From positions 19,718,001 through 19,782,000 of the forward strand of contig CM075987.1 in the NCBI GenBank assembly GCA_038087875.1: a DNA stretch of 64,000 nt, written 5' to 3'. Source of the DNA: Malacoraja senta (lineage: Eukaryota). The notes under the pieces are model-generated. The model did no database searches and was not told where the DNA came from. It was given only the letters and a program-made list of their open reading frames with translations. The position numbers were made by a program, and so were the translations under genes. Below, in pieces: positions 1 through 13,545 of this stretch (position 1 is its first letter; every line of letters begins with the position of its first letter).

Positions 1-490
1 GGAGAAAGCTAGAAGTGATGTGGGAGTTTGGCAAGTGATAGGTGGTTACAGGTGAGGACTTTTTTTGATTGGCATATGGCTGAACAAAGGTCAGATAATT
101 CTTTAATTTTAGCTAACTAACCTATAACACCACCCATCCCCTTTCCCCATCCCCCTCTCCCCCTCTCTTCCCTGTGCTCCAACTGCATGCACATTAGTTT
201 CTCTCTTTCCCCTTCCTCTTTCCCCTTCCACTTATATTCCTTCCCCTGACTTCCATTTCGCGACTCTTCTCGTCTCCTTATCTCACACTTTTTGTCTTTT
301 CATCTCTGGTCTTTGTCCAACCATCTGCCAATCAAAAATCCCCCTTACCTGTATCTACCTGTAACTTTCCAAACTTGGCCCTCCCCCACCTCTCTCCACC
401 TTTCTCTCCCCCACCCCCACCCCCTCCACTGTAGTCAAGAAGGATCCCGACCCAACAACGTTGCCTATCTATGTTCTCCAGAAATGCTGT
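1..490 (+). mobile_element. Degenerate Penelope-like element (PLE) 3'/pseudo-LTR remnant; about 1-95 is an inverted piece
   Basis: Pyrimidine-rich tract then GAAGGATCCCGACCCAACAACGTTGCCTATCTATGTTCTCCAGAAATGCTG, similar to the region downstream of the GIY-YIG remnant at 36570-37210. Confidence 0.6.
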
Positions 491-1734
491 TTGGTTAATA
501 AATTCTTACATACTGTACATCAAGGGAAGGAGACGGAGAGATCTGTAAATGAACAGTGATAACCAGTGTGGAAGAACTATCTGTAATTCCATGTAAAGCT
601 TCTACCCTGCTCACTGAATTACATTTGCGCATTGATAACGTTTTGCTTATCATGTCATTAATTTAAGCTCAGATTCTGTCAGGGCCTTTTTTCATATATA
701 CAGACGGCAGTAGTTATTTGGAGGAGATCCTTTGATATGTTTCCTTTGACTTAACCAAATCTTTGCTGAACCATTCGATCAGTTTAGTCAACATCCCGGG
801 AAATAAAAGGAAATAAAAGTTTACATTTCCTCAGTAATCATCCAGGTCAAAATGATGAAGAGCCAAACGCCAAAGTTTCAACTTGACATTTGACAATATA
901 ATATTTGGATTTCAATCATATCCTGGTTGATTAAATGGTAGAAAGAGTCTTTTACTCCTTTGAATCTGTTGATCATGACAGATCTGTATCGTTACTCCAG
1001 TTCGCCAACTATTTCCCTCTGCCTTTTAACCATGTTGTCTTAAAATTAATAATCCTGTGAACATTCACAACAGTTTATAAGGATCATTCAGCCTGGAATG
1101 CTGACTACACTACTGTTAGAACATGCAATTTATTTTCAATTTATGTTTTTTTTCCCCAAAATGTTCAGCAACAAGATTCAGTGCACATATTTCAGCACAA
1201 GTTCAACGCAGGTGAAGATGGAAACTCAGTACAATGTAATGTCCCTTTAAACTTTTACTCTGGGGAGGGGGGGAATGGATTGTTGCCAATTTTCTGCTCT
1301 TAACCACCATCAACAATCATCAGCTTAGAATACTGAGCGACTTGAGGCCCCAGCTGTCAACAAGGGGAAAGGCATTGGCTGAATGAAACCATTTAATGAT
1401 ATGTTGTGTTTCTAAATTAGTGCATTTTTGAACCACAGGGGATAAGTTTAATTCCAGATGAGTGATGTTTGGCAAACACAACGAGGCCACAGTAAGTAGG
1501 AGGTGAAGAATCTACTTGGCAGCAAGGACTGGTCAGATTGTGGGGACTTCATGTAGCTTTCCTGCTTCTAGCTGCGCACTTGCCCACTGCCCTGAAGAGC
1601 ATTTGAACACAAGTGGCCAGGTTAAGGGTCAGAGGCCTGACCTTTCAGCAAAGAAGCCCCAGTTCTCCTCACCTGGCAATCAGTTAATTGAATCGCAATT
1701 TCTTTCTCTTTGTTTTCAAATGGCTGCATTGTTG

Positions 1735-1876
1735 CGAGTTTGGGACCAGGAAGAAGGTCCCGGGAGAACTGAGGCACCCAGGGGAAACCATGTGGTCACA
1801 GGGAGAATGAGGGCCAGGATAAACTTAGATCTCTGGAGCTGTGAGGCAGCATTTCTACCCGCAGTACCACTGTGCT
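1735..1876 (-). mobile_element. tRNA-derived SINE fragment (5' part)
   Basis: Similar to the better-preserved SINE copies at 5036-5335, 42995-43282 and 54440-54753. Confidence 0.65.
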
Positions 1877-2848
1877 ATTTTAAACTTTAAAGCAGTTTTA
1901 TAACCAATTTCAGAACAGAAGCTAACATTGGAAATACTCATAGATGAATCTCTACACTATTTTAAAAGAGATATGAATCACCAGATTCTTTTATACACTG
2001 CTGGTGAAGTAATTTTCATTTGAAGGCTTTAACTATTTGTTTAATGGAGCAGCCATTTCTAATTGCCACCATTTCTAGGTTTTGATGCTGTTAATTTGTC
2101 TGTCAATTCATATGTGGACCTCAAGTTCCCCTAAACTCTGCCCAATATTAAAAGGCTACACCATGAAATATATTTAAAATCATTTTTCCCCACGATAACT
2201 TGTCAAGTATCTCCTTGTAAACTCTTTATACTTGCCTTGTGTGGATCAGCAATCTTTGTAGATGGTGTCACTGCTTTTCAACAGGACATGAAATAGTTGC
2301 TTGAACACCACACAGCTTTTGCAACAAAGTCGACTTATTTCGACGATCCTGCATTTTTCAGTGATCATGTCCAGTTTGAAGGGTAACTTCCAATGTTTGC
2401 AATGTTCTGACGCAGCTTACTCTCTCTGCAAATATAATCAGTCACCGTGTATTTACTTGCAGTAACCCCAGTGAGACATGTCAGGCTGACGTGGACGCCT
2501 AAACCACCCAGTCTTGCAGCTGGTGACTGTCACTTCACAAACATGTGGACCAACTCCCTGTACCACCTACTCACTGAAACTGTTGGCCTCTGTCTCAGAG
2601 ATGAGCTCATGGAGCTGCCGATCAAAAGGGTCTGCAGGCATTCATTTGCTTTCTAAGGGCTTCAAAGCCGCAAAACCCAGAACCTCAACAGAGAAGGCTT
2701 GCACACCCTCACAAATCGGTGTTGAAATTCCTTTTCATGAACCATTGAAACCAATCAATCTCTATTCATGGCTGAGTTGCTCAAAGCAGTGTTTGAAGTC
2801 CAACCAGTTCCAGCTGCTTCATCAATTATTTTTTTTCCATCATATGTC

Positions 2849-3330
2849 AGAAGTAGCAATGTTTACTGATGATTGCATCTTATTGCCATTGGCAACTCCT
2901 CAGCAAATGAGACAATCCATGGCTGCCTGCACCAAGACTGAAACATCATTCAGCCATGGGTTGATAGGTGGCAGGTAGTCATGCTTCAACAGTGCCAGGC
3001 ATGTTGCAGCACTCTATATCAACTCCCTGAGATTTATCATCCCATGGCATCATTGACCAAAAACCCAACTAGATCAGGTTAGAGACTGATAAACTGTGGT
3101 GATGATTCACCCCTTGACACACCAAAGTTTTTCCGCCATCAGGTTGGATGCTGAACACTTAAAGAGCTTGACACATCCCACGATGAAGCAGTCTGCTTGG
3201 TCAGCACCCCATCCATCATCCTTTACGTTAATCGCGCCACTACTGGCACTCTCTGTGTATGGTCTGAATCTTCTGAAAAATGTACTGCAATGACTTACTG
3301 AGCCAATGCTTCCATCACCTCCCAACCCCA
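2849..3330 (+). mobile_element. Old CR1-group LINE RT/3' fragment
   Basis: Translates as VAMFTDDCIL (FADD-like), then in a shifted frame ETIHGCLHQD*NIIQPWVDRWQV; stops and frameshifts. Confidence 0.6.
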
Positions 3331-3664
3331 TGCGTAAGGTGAATCGTGCATAGATGTATCAGGTGCAACTTCCCAATCTGTGGGGCTTCCACCAGAGCAG
3401 GCCCAGAATGACTTTTATGTACAATTTATTCATTTAAAAAAGGTTCTGAATGGGTCCAGATTCTCGGCCACTGATGCTAGAATTAAAATGAGGCTGTATT
3501 CCTATCTGGAGAAAACCAATAGCAAGAAACACATTGCACATTCTTGGGAGCCAACACTCAGTGAAGGCAAACGTCTAAGATGAAGTTCACCATCACCTTC
3601 ACTGTGTCAGATTTTGTCAATTGAGGCAACGAGTGTTTGAAAATCAGGATCTAAGATCACAGAA

Positions 3665-3975
3665 GTCATGGCAGCTCTACTTCCTGCTCTCCTGCATACT
3701 TTTGAGCATGTCTACTTATCGCAGGTACTTCAGAGAAATGGGAACAGACCACCAACATTGCCTCTGCAAAATCCTCCAAATCTATTAGAAAGATAAGTAA
3801 ATTAACACCTGTGTCATATTCAGGAAAAACATCTTTAGCACTGAGGCCATCATTACTGCATTGTGCAGGCCTCCATTGTGCACCTGACACCAAACTCCCA
3901 GCAGATGTGCGCTTTTCTGAGCACTGGGAAGGCGTTGCAGGGGACGGCGGAAAACATTCAGGAATGTTCTGTTGG
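3665..3975 (+). mobile_element. Degenerate RTE-like LINE 3' ORF fragment
   Basis: Frameshifted remnants resembling the RTE C-terminal LPKQ..FSE..G.R..GG.RK.F pattern. Confidence 0.4.
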
Positions 3976-5035
3976 TCTCCTTGGGGAAAAATGACATCAT
4001 ATCCACAAGTTGAACATAGAACAGTGTAGTGCAGCAGAGGAACAGGCCTTTCAGCCCACTGTGTCATGTTGAACAACATGACAAGTTAAACCAATCTGCT
4101 CTGCCTACACGTCGTCCATATCCATCCATTTCCTGCATATCTCTCTGCCTCTCTAAAAGCTTCCAGCCTCCACCACTGGGAAGTGAAGGAGGAGTTTTCA
4201 GGATGGTGCTAAATTTCTCAAGTACATGCATTGGGAGCAGAGGGAGGTCCAGCTCAAATGGTGGAAGGAAGGAACCATCTCACAAAGTATCCATGTTATC
4301 AAGATTTCCACAGCCGCAGCCCCCACTGGTGAAAGAGTCTAGCACTTAGTACTCAGGGAACTAGAGTGGAATCATGTCACCTTTGATACCCAGTTACTGC
4401 CTAAAGTCAGTGCTGGCTGTGCATGTCTGCTGGTTCCCTGCCTATTGCATGCACTGATTGTGAAATCCATGTTTGAAAAATACACTGCAATATTCAGGTA
4501 GTGTTTTAATCTGCTAACATAGAAATAGAGGTAAGTTTGCGGGATATCAATATTCTCCCTCAACATTTTATACTTTTCCATATCAAATAACACAAAAAAG
4601 CGACAGTTTTCCTTGTAATTTGAGATCACTCAACCCCATTAATGTTGCTGATCCCACTGAACATATCAATGTTTACAGCGCTTAATCTCTCACATACATA
4701 CTACTGAGTTTGAATCCCAACTTTTACAGCAATTTTATGACTGTCCCTTTTCATTTCTGTGCAAATTTCTGAACTTCTCCGGGAGAAGAAGCTTTGAATG
4801 ACTTGACAATCCGACCGCCTCCCAGTTCTCCCTCATCTGCTCAGTTGACGCAATTTGTTTACTCAATCACATGTGAATCCTCTCAGTTTGTTGTAACTTC
4901 CATCAAATTCTCTGGGATTTGGGCTATGACTCCATAATAGGACACAGCCTCTGCACCAGTATGTTTGCTTGCAAGCATTCTATGTAACCGGTAATTGATT
5001 ATTTAAACCATTGACCACTTCCTGCTAAATTGGAT

Positions 5036-5335
5036 AAGATACTGCACAGAAACAGGCCCTTTGCACCCCCCCCCTCCCTTCCCGAGGCCACGCCGACCAT
5101 CAATTACCCGTTCACTCGAGTTATCCCACTTTCTCATCCACTCCCAACACACTAGGGGTAATTTACAGATGCAAATTGACCTACAAACCAGCACATCTTT
5201 TGTATGTGGGAGAAACCGTATCACACCGAGGAAACCCATGCTGTCAGAGAGAATGTGCAAACTCCACACAGACAGCACCCGAGGTTGGAATTGAGCCCGG
5301 GTTGTGAGGCAGCAGCTCCACCAGCTGAGCCACTC
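5036..5335 (-). mobile_element. tRNA-derived SINE with CR1-like tail, near full length
   Basis: Minus strand starts GTGGCTCAGCTGG (A box) and CGGGCTCAATTCC (B-box-like), has the GTGTGGAGTTTGCACATTCTC core and a GGGCCTGTTTCTGTGCAGTA tail. Confidence 0.8.
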
Positions 5336-5865
5336 TGCTCTTTTTGTTACTTTTTGTGGCAATCCCACAGAATACAGATAGGTCCTAAACACTGCTTCAC
5401 ACAGAGAGAAAGAGAATTACTTGGCTCCTGATTTCTGATTTCTCCCCCATCAACCCAACACGAGTTAATTCCAGATGTTACTTCTTGATTGATTCTTCCC
5501 CCAGGTTTGATTAATTTCTTATGTTTAATCAACAACCTCCTAAAGTTTCAGTTGGCAAGTGTAATCATGAAGAATCCAGGCTGGGGTCTGCACTGAGTGG
5601 ACACAGGCAGGCCTAAGGCCATCACAATGGGACGGCTCCATCTGCTGAGTGATCTCCAATTGTGGCTGCATCTCGGCTTCCAAATCACTCCAGGGTATAG
5701 CAATCCCCTCCTCCCCTCCTCTCTGTGTGCTTTTGCAGGAGAGTTAAACCAGTTGTTGGGGCTTTAACAAGATTTATCATCTTGACTGCTATTTATTTAG
5801 AATTCTGCCTTCATCTGCAGGTCAGGCTGAATCAGTCTGAAGTAAATTAAAATGGACTCCAAATT

Positions 5866-6020
5866 TTGGAATAACTCAACGGCTCAGGCATCTCTGGAGA
5901 ACTTAGGATAGGTGACATTGCCGGTCAGGACCATGTTCTCCAGAAATGCTGCCTGACCTGCTGAGTTACTCCAGCACTGTGTCTTTTTGGTAGTCCAGTA
6001 TGTGTAGTTCCTTCTTTCTA
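5866..6020. mobile_element. PLE-derived short repeat with internal inversion
   Basis: Minus-oriented GGAATAACTCAACGGCTCAGGCATCTCTGGAG followed by plus-oriented ATGCTGCCTGACCTGCTGAGTTACTCCAGCA. Confidence 0.7.
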
Positions 6021-6289
6021 AATTAAAATGGGCTTTATTCTTGCTGTGCTTTCCCTTTGAATTTCTTTAAAATAATCTGATTCCCGATTCAATAGTGACA
6101 GCAAAACTTGGAGCCATCCTACCAGCTTGCATGTGGATAACCCGTGTTTCCATTATTGCTTGACCATCTGTGTAATCTCTTCTGATTATTTCAACAGTGG
6201 TATCAAAAGCTGTGACCACAAAACAGAAGCAGCTGCGATGTTTCCTGTTAATCGTTGTCAGGAAATTAAGGTTCTAAACACACAAAAAA

Positions 6290-7222
6290 GACTCAAGTCA
6301 AGAATTGTCATATGTACTGAAACAGAACAATTAAATTCTTACTTGCAACCGCAGAACAGCTCTGTGAACACAGCACTCAATTGATAACATAATAATAAAA
6401 CAAACAAAAAAAGTTAAATAAATTTAAAAATATATTAGTGCAAAATAAAACAAAGGCTCAAAGTCCTTAGTGCAACCAAGACAGTTAGTAGTTTGACTCT
6501 TAGTTGGTATTTGTAGCTGTTTCAAATGCCGGAAGAAGCTGTTCCCGAACCTGAAGGTGATGGTTTTCAGACTCCTATACATTCTTCCCGAAGGGTCCTT
6601 TATGATGCTGGCTACCTTTTTTAAGGCAGCACCGCCAATAGATTGCTTTGATGGTAGGAAGGTCAGAACCCGTGATGGACTGGGCAGTGTCCAACACGTT
6701 TTGTAATCTCCTTCGTTCCTGGGCATTCAATTTGCCGAACCAGGCCACGATGTAACCAGTCAATATGCTCTCTACCACACATCTGTTGAGGTTCAAGAGA
6801 GTATTCATCAACATACCAAATCTCGTCAATCTTCGAAGGAAGTAGAGGCGTTGATGGGCTTTCTTTTTGATCGCATCCAGGACAGATCTTCAGAGATAGG
6901 CACGCCCAGGAACTTGAAGTTGTTGACTCTCTCCAACACCATCCCGTCAATGAAGACAGATTTGTGGATCCTCAGCCTTTTAATGTCAACGGTCAGTTCC
7001 TTGGTCTTACTGACGTTGAGACTAAGATTGTTGTTGTGGCACCATTCAATCAGACGATTGATCTCCCTCCTATGGTCCGACACATTATTACCCAGAAATC
7101 ATCCGACAATAGTGGCGATGTCAGCAAATTAAAGATGGAGTTGGAACTGTATCCGGCTACACAATCATGGATGTAGAGTGAGGAGAGCAGAAGATTGAGC
7201 AAACAGCCGTGAGGTGCCTCTA
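6290..7222 (-). mobile_element. Rex1/Babar-type LINE, 5'-truncated and frameshifted
   Basis: ORFs give EWCHNNNLSLNVSKTKELTVD, RCVVESILTGYIVAWFG and RRRLQNVLDTAQSITG; similar to 31484-32672; microsatellite-like 3' end. Confidence 0.85.
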
Positions 7223-7559
7223 TTGGTGATTGAGGGGGCCGGTTGACTTGGCCTGTTTCAAAATTGAGTGTAAATAATATCTCAACATCTCAACTGTCTG
7301 CTGCCCTGCTCCAATCTTTGCTCCCACAAACTCCCCACCCCAATATGTCATGGGGACACTCTCAGTGGTCAAAAGGTAACATGTACCTTGATACAGTGAA
7401 ATTCAGTAAAAGTTTACTGTTCATCAGCATAGACATAAATAAACACAAAAGTGCAAGAATTACAGTGCAGGAATGCAATTGTTCTTTGAGGCGGTACACA
7501 AATAGTCGCCAGGTTTCTGGTGCCATCTTGTACCCTTCAAGTTTCACGTTCTTAAAATA

Positions 7560-8390
7560 GTCTTATCTTTGCCTTAAAGACCCATTGACCTGGAAATGGC
7601 ATTGGGTTGGTGCTGCTAATGTTCAGAATGGCACACCACCATCCTTAGAGTTGTACATACAGTTCCACCATAATGTTTTTCAAAAGACACAACACCAACT
7701 GCTTCTTAATTTCAAAATACCCCTCCCTGATGTCATCATTATTCATGTCCATGTCCTGATTGGTGAATACCGATGCAAGATAATCATTTGCGACTGTGCC
7801 CACTTCCTCTGAAGCTTTGCGTAAATTCCCTCCTTTATCCTTGAGTGGACCTACCGCTTCCCTAGCTACTCTCTTACTTTTAACATGTATTTAAAATGCC
7901 TTGGGATTCTCCTCAATACTACTTGCCAAGAATATATCTGAGCTCCCATTGGCTCTTCTAATTCAACATTAAGGTTCTTTCATGTTTCCCTCATATACCT
8001 CAAGGGCCTTGTCCAATTTCAGTTGCTTAAATCTTACATGTTCTTCATTTTTCTTCTGGACTAAACTGATAATATCTCTTGTCATCCAAGGTTATTGAAC
8101 CTTGCCATCCTTATCTTTCACCCTCACAGGAACATGCTGATCCTAAACTCTCTAACTAACTGGCCTTTAAAAGTCCGCAGATATCCGCTGTGGATGCTAC
8201 CAATCTACTTTTTCCCATTCCTGCCTAATACTATTAGCCCTTTCCCAATTTAGTCTTGCAGCTGAAGACCAGATTTATCTATCTATTGCTATCTTAAAAT
8301 GTATAAAATTATGATTGCCAAAAGTTACCCAACTGAAAGTTCGATCACTTTGCTGGGCTTATTTCCAAGTACAAAGTCTCATATCGCCGT
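7560..8390 (-). mobile_element. Old CR1 ORF2 fragment (endonuclease-linker region)
   Basis: Similar to the reverse complement of 18300-18850 and to 23000-23560. Confidence 0.65.
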
Positions 8391-10199
8391 GGGTTGAAAA
8401 TTTTGAACTAAGACTGGTTGGCATTTGCATCAACAGACCTGATTAGGGAGGTGTTGTTAAGATACAGATCACCCACCATTGAATGGAATAGTAGCACAGG
8501 TTCGAGGGGCTGATCGGCCAGCGTGTAGTCATGTGTGTCCCTTTTGTGTTCATATTGATGCTACTCTACATAGTGAGAGCAACAGCACTGTCTTTTTGAT
8601 TACCCTGATAAAAATTTCACAAAATGCCTTCTCTTAGCTGCAGGAAATAATGACTCCATCAAAGCAATAGTCACACCATTCAGACTCCGAGGAGAAAGGA
8701 TGTTTGAAGTACCACAACAGCTGGCACTTGGTACAGGTCTGATGCATCTGCACCTTCATAGACTACATCAGTGTGGAGTGATGATGGTACGATTCTTAAC
8801 ATTCAGGCCAGGAATGGTTTCTGGTGGTTGATGTGAGAGGTTGATGGTTGCTGACCTTCCTGTGCGAGGGATGGAAACAGACAAACCATGGGCTCTGGGT
8901 ACTCTCAAGTCTCTGCCTCTCTTCTGTGAGGTGCACCTCCCACCAAAGTTCAGTGTTCTGTATTTAATTGGTTATTATTGATGTGAAATTCACATGGTGG
9001 CATTTTCTAGGGTTTTCTCAAAACTGTTCCATTACTGTGTCATTAGGAATGCTGTATCTTTTTTGCTGGTTCAGCAGATGAAGCCCATCTCAAAGGATCA
9101 GCTCAACTATCTTGAGAAGGGTCCTGACCCAAAACTTTGCCTGAACATTCCCTTCACAGATGCTGCCTGACCCGCTGAGTTCTCCAGTACTTTGTATATT
9201 GGGAAGAGTCCTTCAAAGGGGCGCCAACACGTGATCTCATGATGGAGATTGCCTGTTTGTAATGGAGGGTTGGTTGGTGGATTCACGAGGTGGGGTAAAG
9301 CCTCAAGAACTGCATACAGTTCACGCTTTTCATATACAACTCAGATTGAGAGAGTGCAAGATACTAAACAGGATCAACCTCTGCCTCCTAGGAGCCCAGC
9401 CAAATTGGTTACAGGCAGCCGGTAAGAGGTATAAACCGGCACACATGGCGCCTGTTGCTTGTTGCAACCTCTGGCTGGTCTTGCAGGAGCCTCGGGGCAG
9501 GCATCTTTGTGCAGGCAGATCAGAAAAGATTCCAGCGCTATTCCATCCCAATGTGTGATTTTAATGTCCCCATGCGATTTCCTCCCACCCAGGTAAATAT
9601 GGCTGTGGCATTCCTTTGATGGAAACAAGGAGCATTTTGCTCTACTGTAGATTTTCCTTTATTAAAGTGATAGGCCGTGGCAAAGTTTGTGTTGCCACTT
9701 GGCACAGCTGCCTGAACCGCACCAGCGTTGGCATCCCTTGCACATTCTTTCTTTATTTTGTCTACTTTATTTTTCCTGTTTGTTTATGGATTTTTGTGGA
9801 TTAAAAAAATAAATTACGGTATGCAAAGTGCTTTCCTTCTTACAGATTTATTCTTCACCCTCAACTGATGACAGGGTACATTACAGCAATAAAACATTGC
9901 ACCCTGCCTTTAACATTTATTTGAAGAAAATAAATATTCTAAACAAAAGTGTGAATAATCTCTTGAATGTAAAAGGAAGTCTAACGCATCTGTCAAGGCC
10001 TTGGGATATGGTAAGTATCTCACAACCATGCTTGAAAATGTAGTCAGTGTTCCAATGGCATAATATACACATCCACCTTTTATTTGTTCCCATTTTTTGC
10101 TGTAACAATTTCCGTGTGTCACACTCCTTCCTTAATAAAAGAGATGGGGCACAATACTTAACCTTTATTGTAGACTTTAGGCTAAACCTCATTTGATAA

Positions 10200-10750
10200 T
10201 CCAGTGCAGTATTGAGGAAATCCAAAAAAATCACCTTTCAAATGAGACATCAAGTCCCTCTTTGACCTTTCGATTGAAGGTGGCCGTTAACCTTTAAGTA
10301 AACAAATATCTCTTGCATTCTCATTGGATATATTAGGAACAGCCTTGTATTTCTGGTTCCTGATTCCGAAAATATTTTTGCCACATCCAACCAAACAACC
10401 TGGTTCATAAACTTGAGAACCTCAATCACGTCACCTTGTCTTTTCTAGTTCCAGAAAAAAAGAAAACATAACGGTTCAATCTCTCCCCTACTTGGAATAA
10501 TTTCTCAGTGTTATTTTATTAAAAGTTAATTTTCAATTAACTTTTTATTAAAGGAAAAAGCCTTCTGCACTTATTCTATGTCAATTTTCATAATACATGG
10601 ACCAGAACTGTGCAATCCTCCAAGCATGCATTGAACAAAGTTCTGTGCAAGTCTCAAGTAACTTTTCCTTCCACAATACTGTCTTCTGTCGCTGAAAAAG
10701 TGAATCCCAGAGCTTGTTTTGCAACTATTAACTTTTCCATGTTTAAACCT
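10200..10750 (-). mobile_element. Highly decayed CR1 3' fragment
   Basis: GACCAGAACTGTGCA and TTGAGAACCTCAATCACGTCACC motifs match other CR1 copies in the window. Confidence 0.45.
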
Positions 10751-11445
10751 GTGTTTAGTCCCTTTTGTGCTTTGAGCATCTGTAATGACCATTCTCTGTT
10801 CCTGGAAAATAAATGGAAAAGGGGTACAGATTACTCCCCTTTACAGAGGCACTAAACTTCATCTCTGGCTGATGAGCAATAATCAGTTGCAGTTGGTAGG
10901 GATACTGAATTGGAGAAGCGCTCACTTGCTTGAGCTTCTAAGATCAACCTATCTAAATCCATTGGTTGCACATTTGCAATCTACGCACGGAAGAACCTGC
11001 AGCAGAAATTGAGAAGCAAGGAACTACAGATGCTGGAATCTTGAATAAAAAACAAAGAGTGGGGTTTCTCAGCATTTGGTGTTCTACGCAACGGCAAGCT
11101 GTGGCTTTTCTGGCAATCCAGCAACACTTAAAGGACTGCTGCTTCCATTTACAGCGGAGCAGCACTGCATGGTGCAGAGAAGGTAACGCATTTAATGTGA
11201 TGTCCCGCTGGAGGATGCTGTCTTCAAGGACTCTTTTTTTTTTGTACCAGAATTATTTCTTCTTATGTAGACCCAAATTGCCAGGAGCTGGTAGTTAAAG
11301 TGAAGCCAACTATTTGGGAAATCATTTGCAACAAACGTGAATATCATCTAGTTCATGCAGTATGCAGGGCCGGCCTTAGGAGGTGCGGGGCCCAATTGGG
11401 AACAATTTTGGTGAGCCCCAGGTTCCCAGCCAAGGTCTGTAGAAT

Positions 11446-11510
11446 CATAGAAATAGAAATAAAGTCTATTATAGACTTTATAAGTCTATTATAGACTTTA
11501 TATCTCTATG
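11446..11510. mobile_element. 65-bp palindromic mini-insertion nested in the hAT element
   Basis: CATAGA...TCTATG ends, 7-bp direct repeat GTAGAAT (11439-11445, 11511-11517), internal 20-bp tandem duplication. Confidence 0.7.
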
Positions 11511-11829
11511 GTAGAATTGAAAGTAATCAAAATGTGTGCTTAAAAAGTGCCTGCGAGTTAATGGACCAAACAGATCGAAGCTACATTGTAATATAACATT
11601 GCATACATGTAAGCCTACAAGTAACAAACAAAATGTGTAGATCACCTGTGAAAAGTACAAAGTTACAATACCACTTGTTTCAGTGACTGTGAAATGATTA
11701 AAAAAAAAGTAATTTAATTAACTAGATCCTGGAACACCAATAACCATTGGTGAAAAACCAGTCCAGGCATTAAATTTTGGGCTTCAGCCCCATCCTACCC
11801 TTTGGGCTTCTACCCCATCTAAACTTAAT

Positions 11830-12110
11830 TGTGTGTGTGTGTGCGTTAGTTGTCTGTGCGTGATGTGTGTGTGTGTGTGCGTAGAAGGGAAGGAGAGAAG
11901 GGAGGGCGGGAGAGAAGGGGGGAAGGACAGCAGGGAAGGAGGAAAGTAGAGAAAGAAGGGATGGAGGGAAGGAGAGAAGGGAAAAGAGAGAGAGGAAGGA
12001 GGGAGGGAAGGAGAGGAGGGAAGAAGGGAGGTAGGGAAGGGAAGGAGAGAAGGGAGGGAGGGAAGTAGAGAAAGAAGGGATGGAGGGAAGGAGATAAGGG
12101 AGGGAGAGGG
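11830..12110. repeat. (GT)n microsatellite followed by a GA-rich low-complexity tract
   Basis: Direct reading; accounts for the spurious Pro/Ser/Leu-rich ORFs here. Confidence 0.9.
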
Positions 12111-13234
12111 CCGGCGGCAGGAGCAGATGCCGGGGTCCGGGCGGACGGGTGTGAGCTGAGGCCGAGGTTTGTAAACGTTGCTCCAACCCGTGGCCTGGCC
12201 GTCCCTGTATTGTTCACCGCCTCTCCCCGGGGAGAGACAGGGGTGGAGCCGGGGCCGTGCGCGTGAAGCATGGCGACTGGAGGGGCGGGAGCGCTGCCCC
12301 GGGACCGTGAGGGAACGACCCACCTCCCCCCCTCCATTCCCCCTAACGCCCCCTTCACCCCTCTACTCTCTCTCTACCCCTCTCTCCCCCCTCCACCCGG
12401 GGTAGATCTACCCGAGCCGAGAGTAGATTGCTCTAGCGCGGGGCCCCCTTAGGCGCGGGGCCCAATTGGGAGCAATTGGTCCAATCGGTTTAAGGCCGGC
12501 CCTGGCAGTATGTATGTACAGTTCAGGAAGTGGATGGTTTACAGATCAAACTTTACTTTTGGCCTTTTGTGCCTGTTATGTTTTTCTATCCTGAATAAGA
12601 TTCAGAAGGGGAAATAGAGAATGGCACATGTAACATGTCTGTGAAACGCATGCTACGGGTGGCCGACAAGGCAGAGGAATCTGCAGGTTTAGGTTATCCT
12701 TTGGGCTAGTTAATGAACTTGTGCATTTGGGTTTTGTGTATCCTTTATTTTAAACAAATGTTTTGAGGAAGCTTTGAAGACCTTGTCAATTATACACAAG
12801 CCAGCATGAGTTCAATAATGGGCCACAAGCATGACAGTCCCAGCAGAGGTCTACAGGACATGCCTCCATGGCAGAGACCCTAAGAATAGTTGCTGATTTT
12901 TACACAGATGCCCTCGACATTTTTGATGTGCCCTAGATAAAAAAAGAGCTGTGTTTCCATTCGCAACAAGGTCAGAGATCAGTTTCAGCTTGAATGGATA
13001 TGGTTTCAAGTAGACCAGTGCCTGTGGAATTGCTTGAATGGATGCAAATAATGTATCTCAGTAGTGCATCAGGTCTGTGCTACCATTCCCAACTACTGCA
13101 AGCACACATAGTGGAAGATAATATGACTGTTGGCAGATTCAACAGCTGTGGGAAATTGGCCAGTTCTACCTTACAGCCAGATGATGTAGACAACTGTGTT
13201 TTTGAGAGAGTAACAGATAACGTATCTAATTCAT

Positions 13235-13545
13235 ATGTTCATAAGTCATAGGAGCAGAATTAGACCATTCGGCCCATCGTGTCAACTCCACCATTCAATC
13301 ACGGCTGATCTATCTTTCCCTTTCAACCCCATTCTCCTGCTTTATATCTGTAACCTTTGATACCCTTACTAATTAAGAATCTGTCAATCTCTGCTTTAAA
13401 AATACCCAAAGACAGCCCCCGCAGCCATCTGTGGCAATGAATTCCACGGATTCAACACCCTCTGACTAAAGAAATTCCTCCTCATCTCCTTCCCAAAGGG
13501 ACAACCTTTTATTCTGAGGCTGTGCCCTCTGGTCTTAGATTCACC
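13235..13545 (-). mobile_element. CR1 3' end fragment
   Basis: CATAGGAGCAGAATTAGACCATTCGGCCC ... CCATTCAATCACGGCTGATC matches the CR1 3' UTR at 21296-21391 (reverse complement). Confidence 0.85.

Larger units (their letters stand above)
11365..12504. mobile_element. Non-autonomous hAT-type DNA transposon, 1140 bp
   Basis: Perfect 14-bp TIRs CAGGGCCGGCCTTA / TAAGGCCGGCCCTG; 8-bp TSD GCAGTATG (11357-11364, 12505-12512); subterminal GCGGGGCCCAATTGGG at both ends; no transposase ORF. Confidence 0.9.

Noticed and set aside
2514..2978. 154-aa ORF
   Set aside because: No recognisable domain; its 3' end runs into an old CR1 RT fragment.
11770..12452. Several overlapping 60-179 aa ORFs
   Set aside because: Products of GA-rich and GC-rich low-complexity sequence inside the hAT element.
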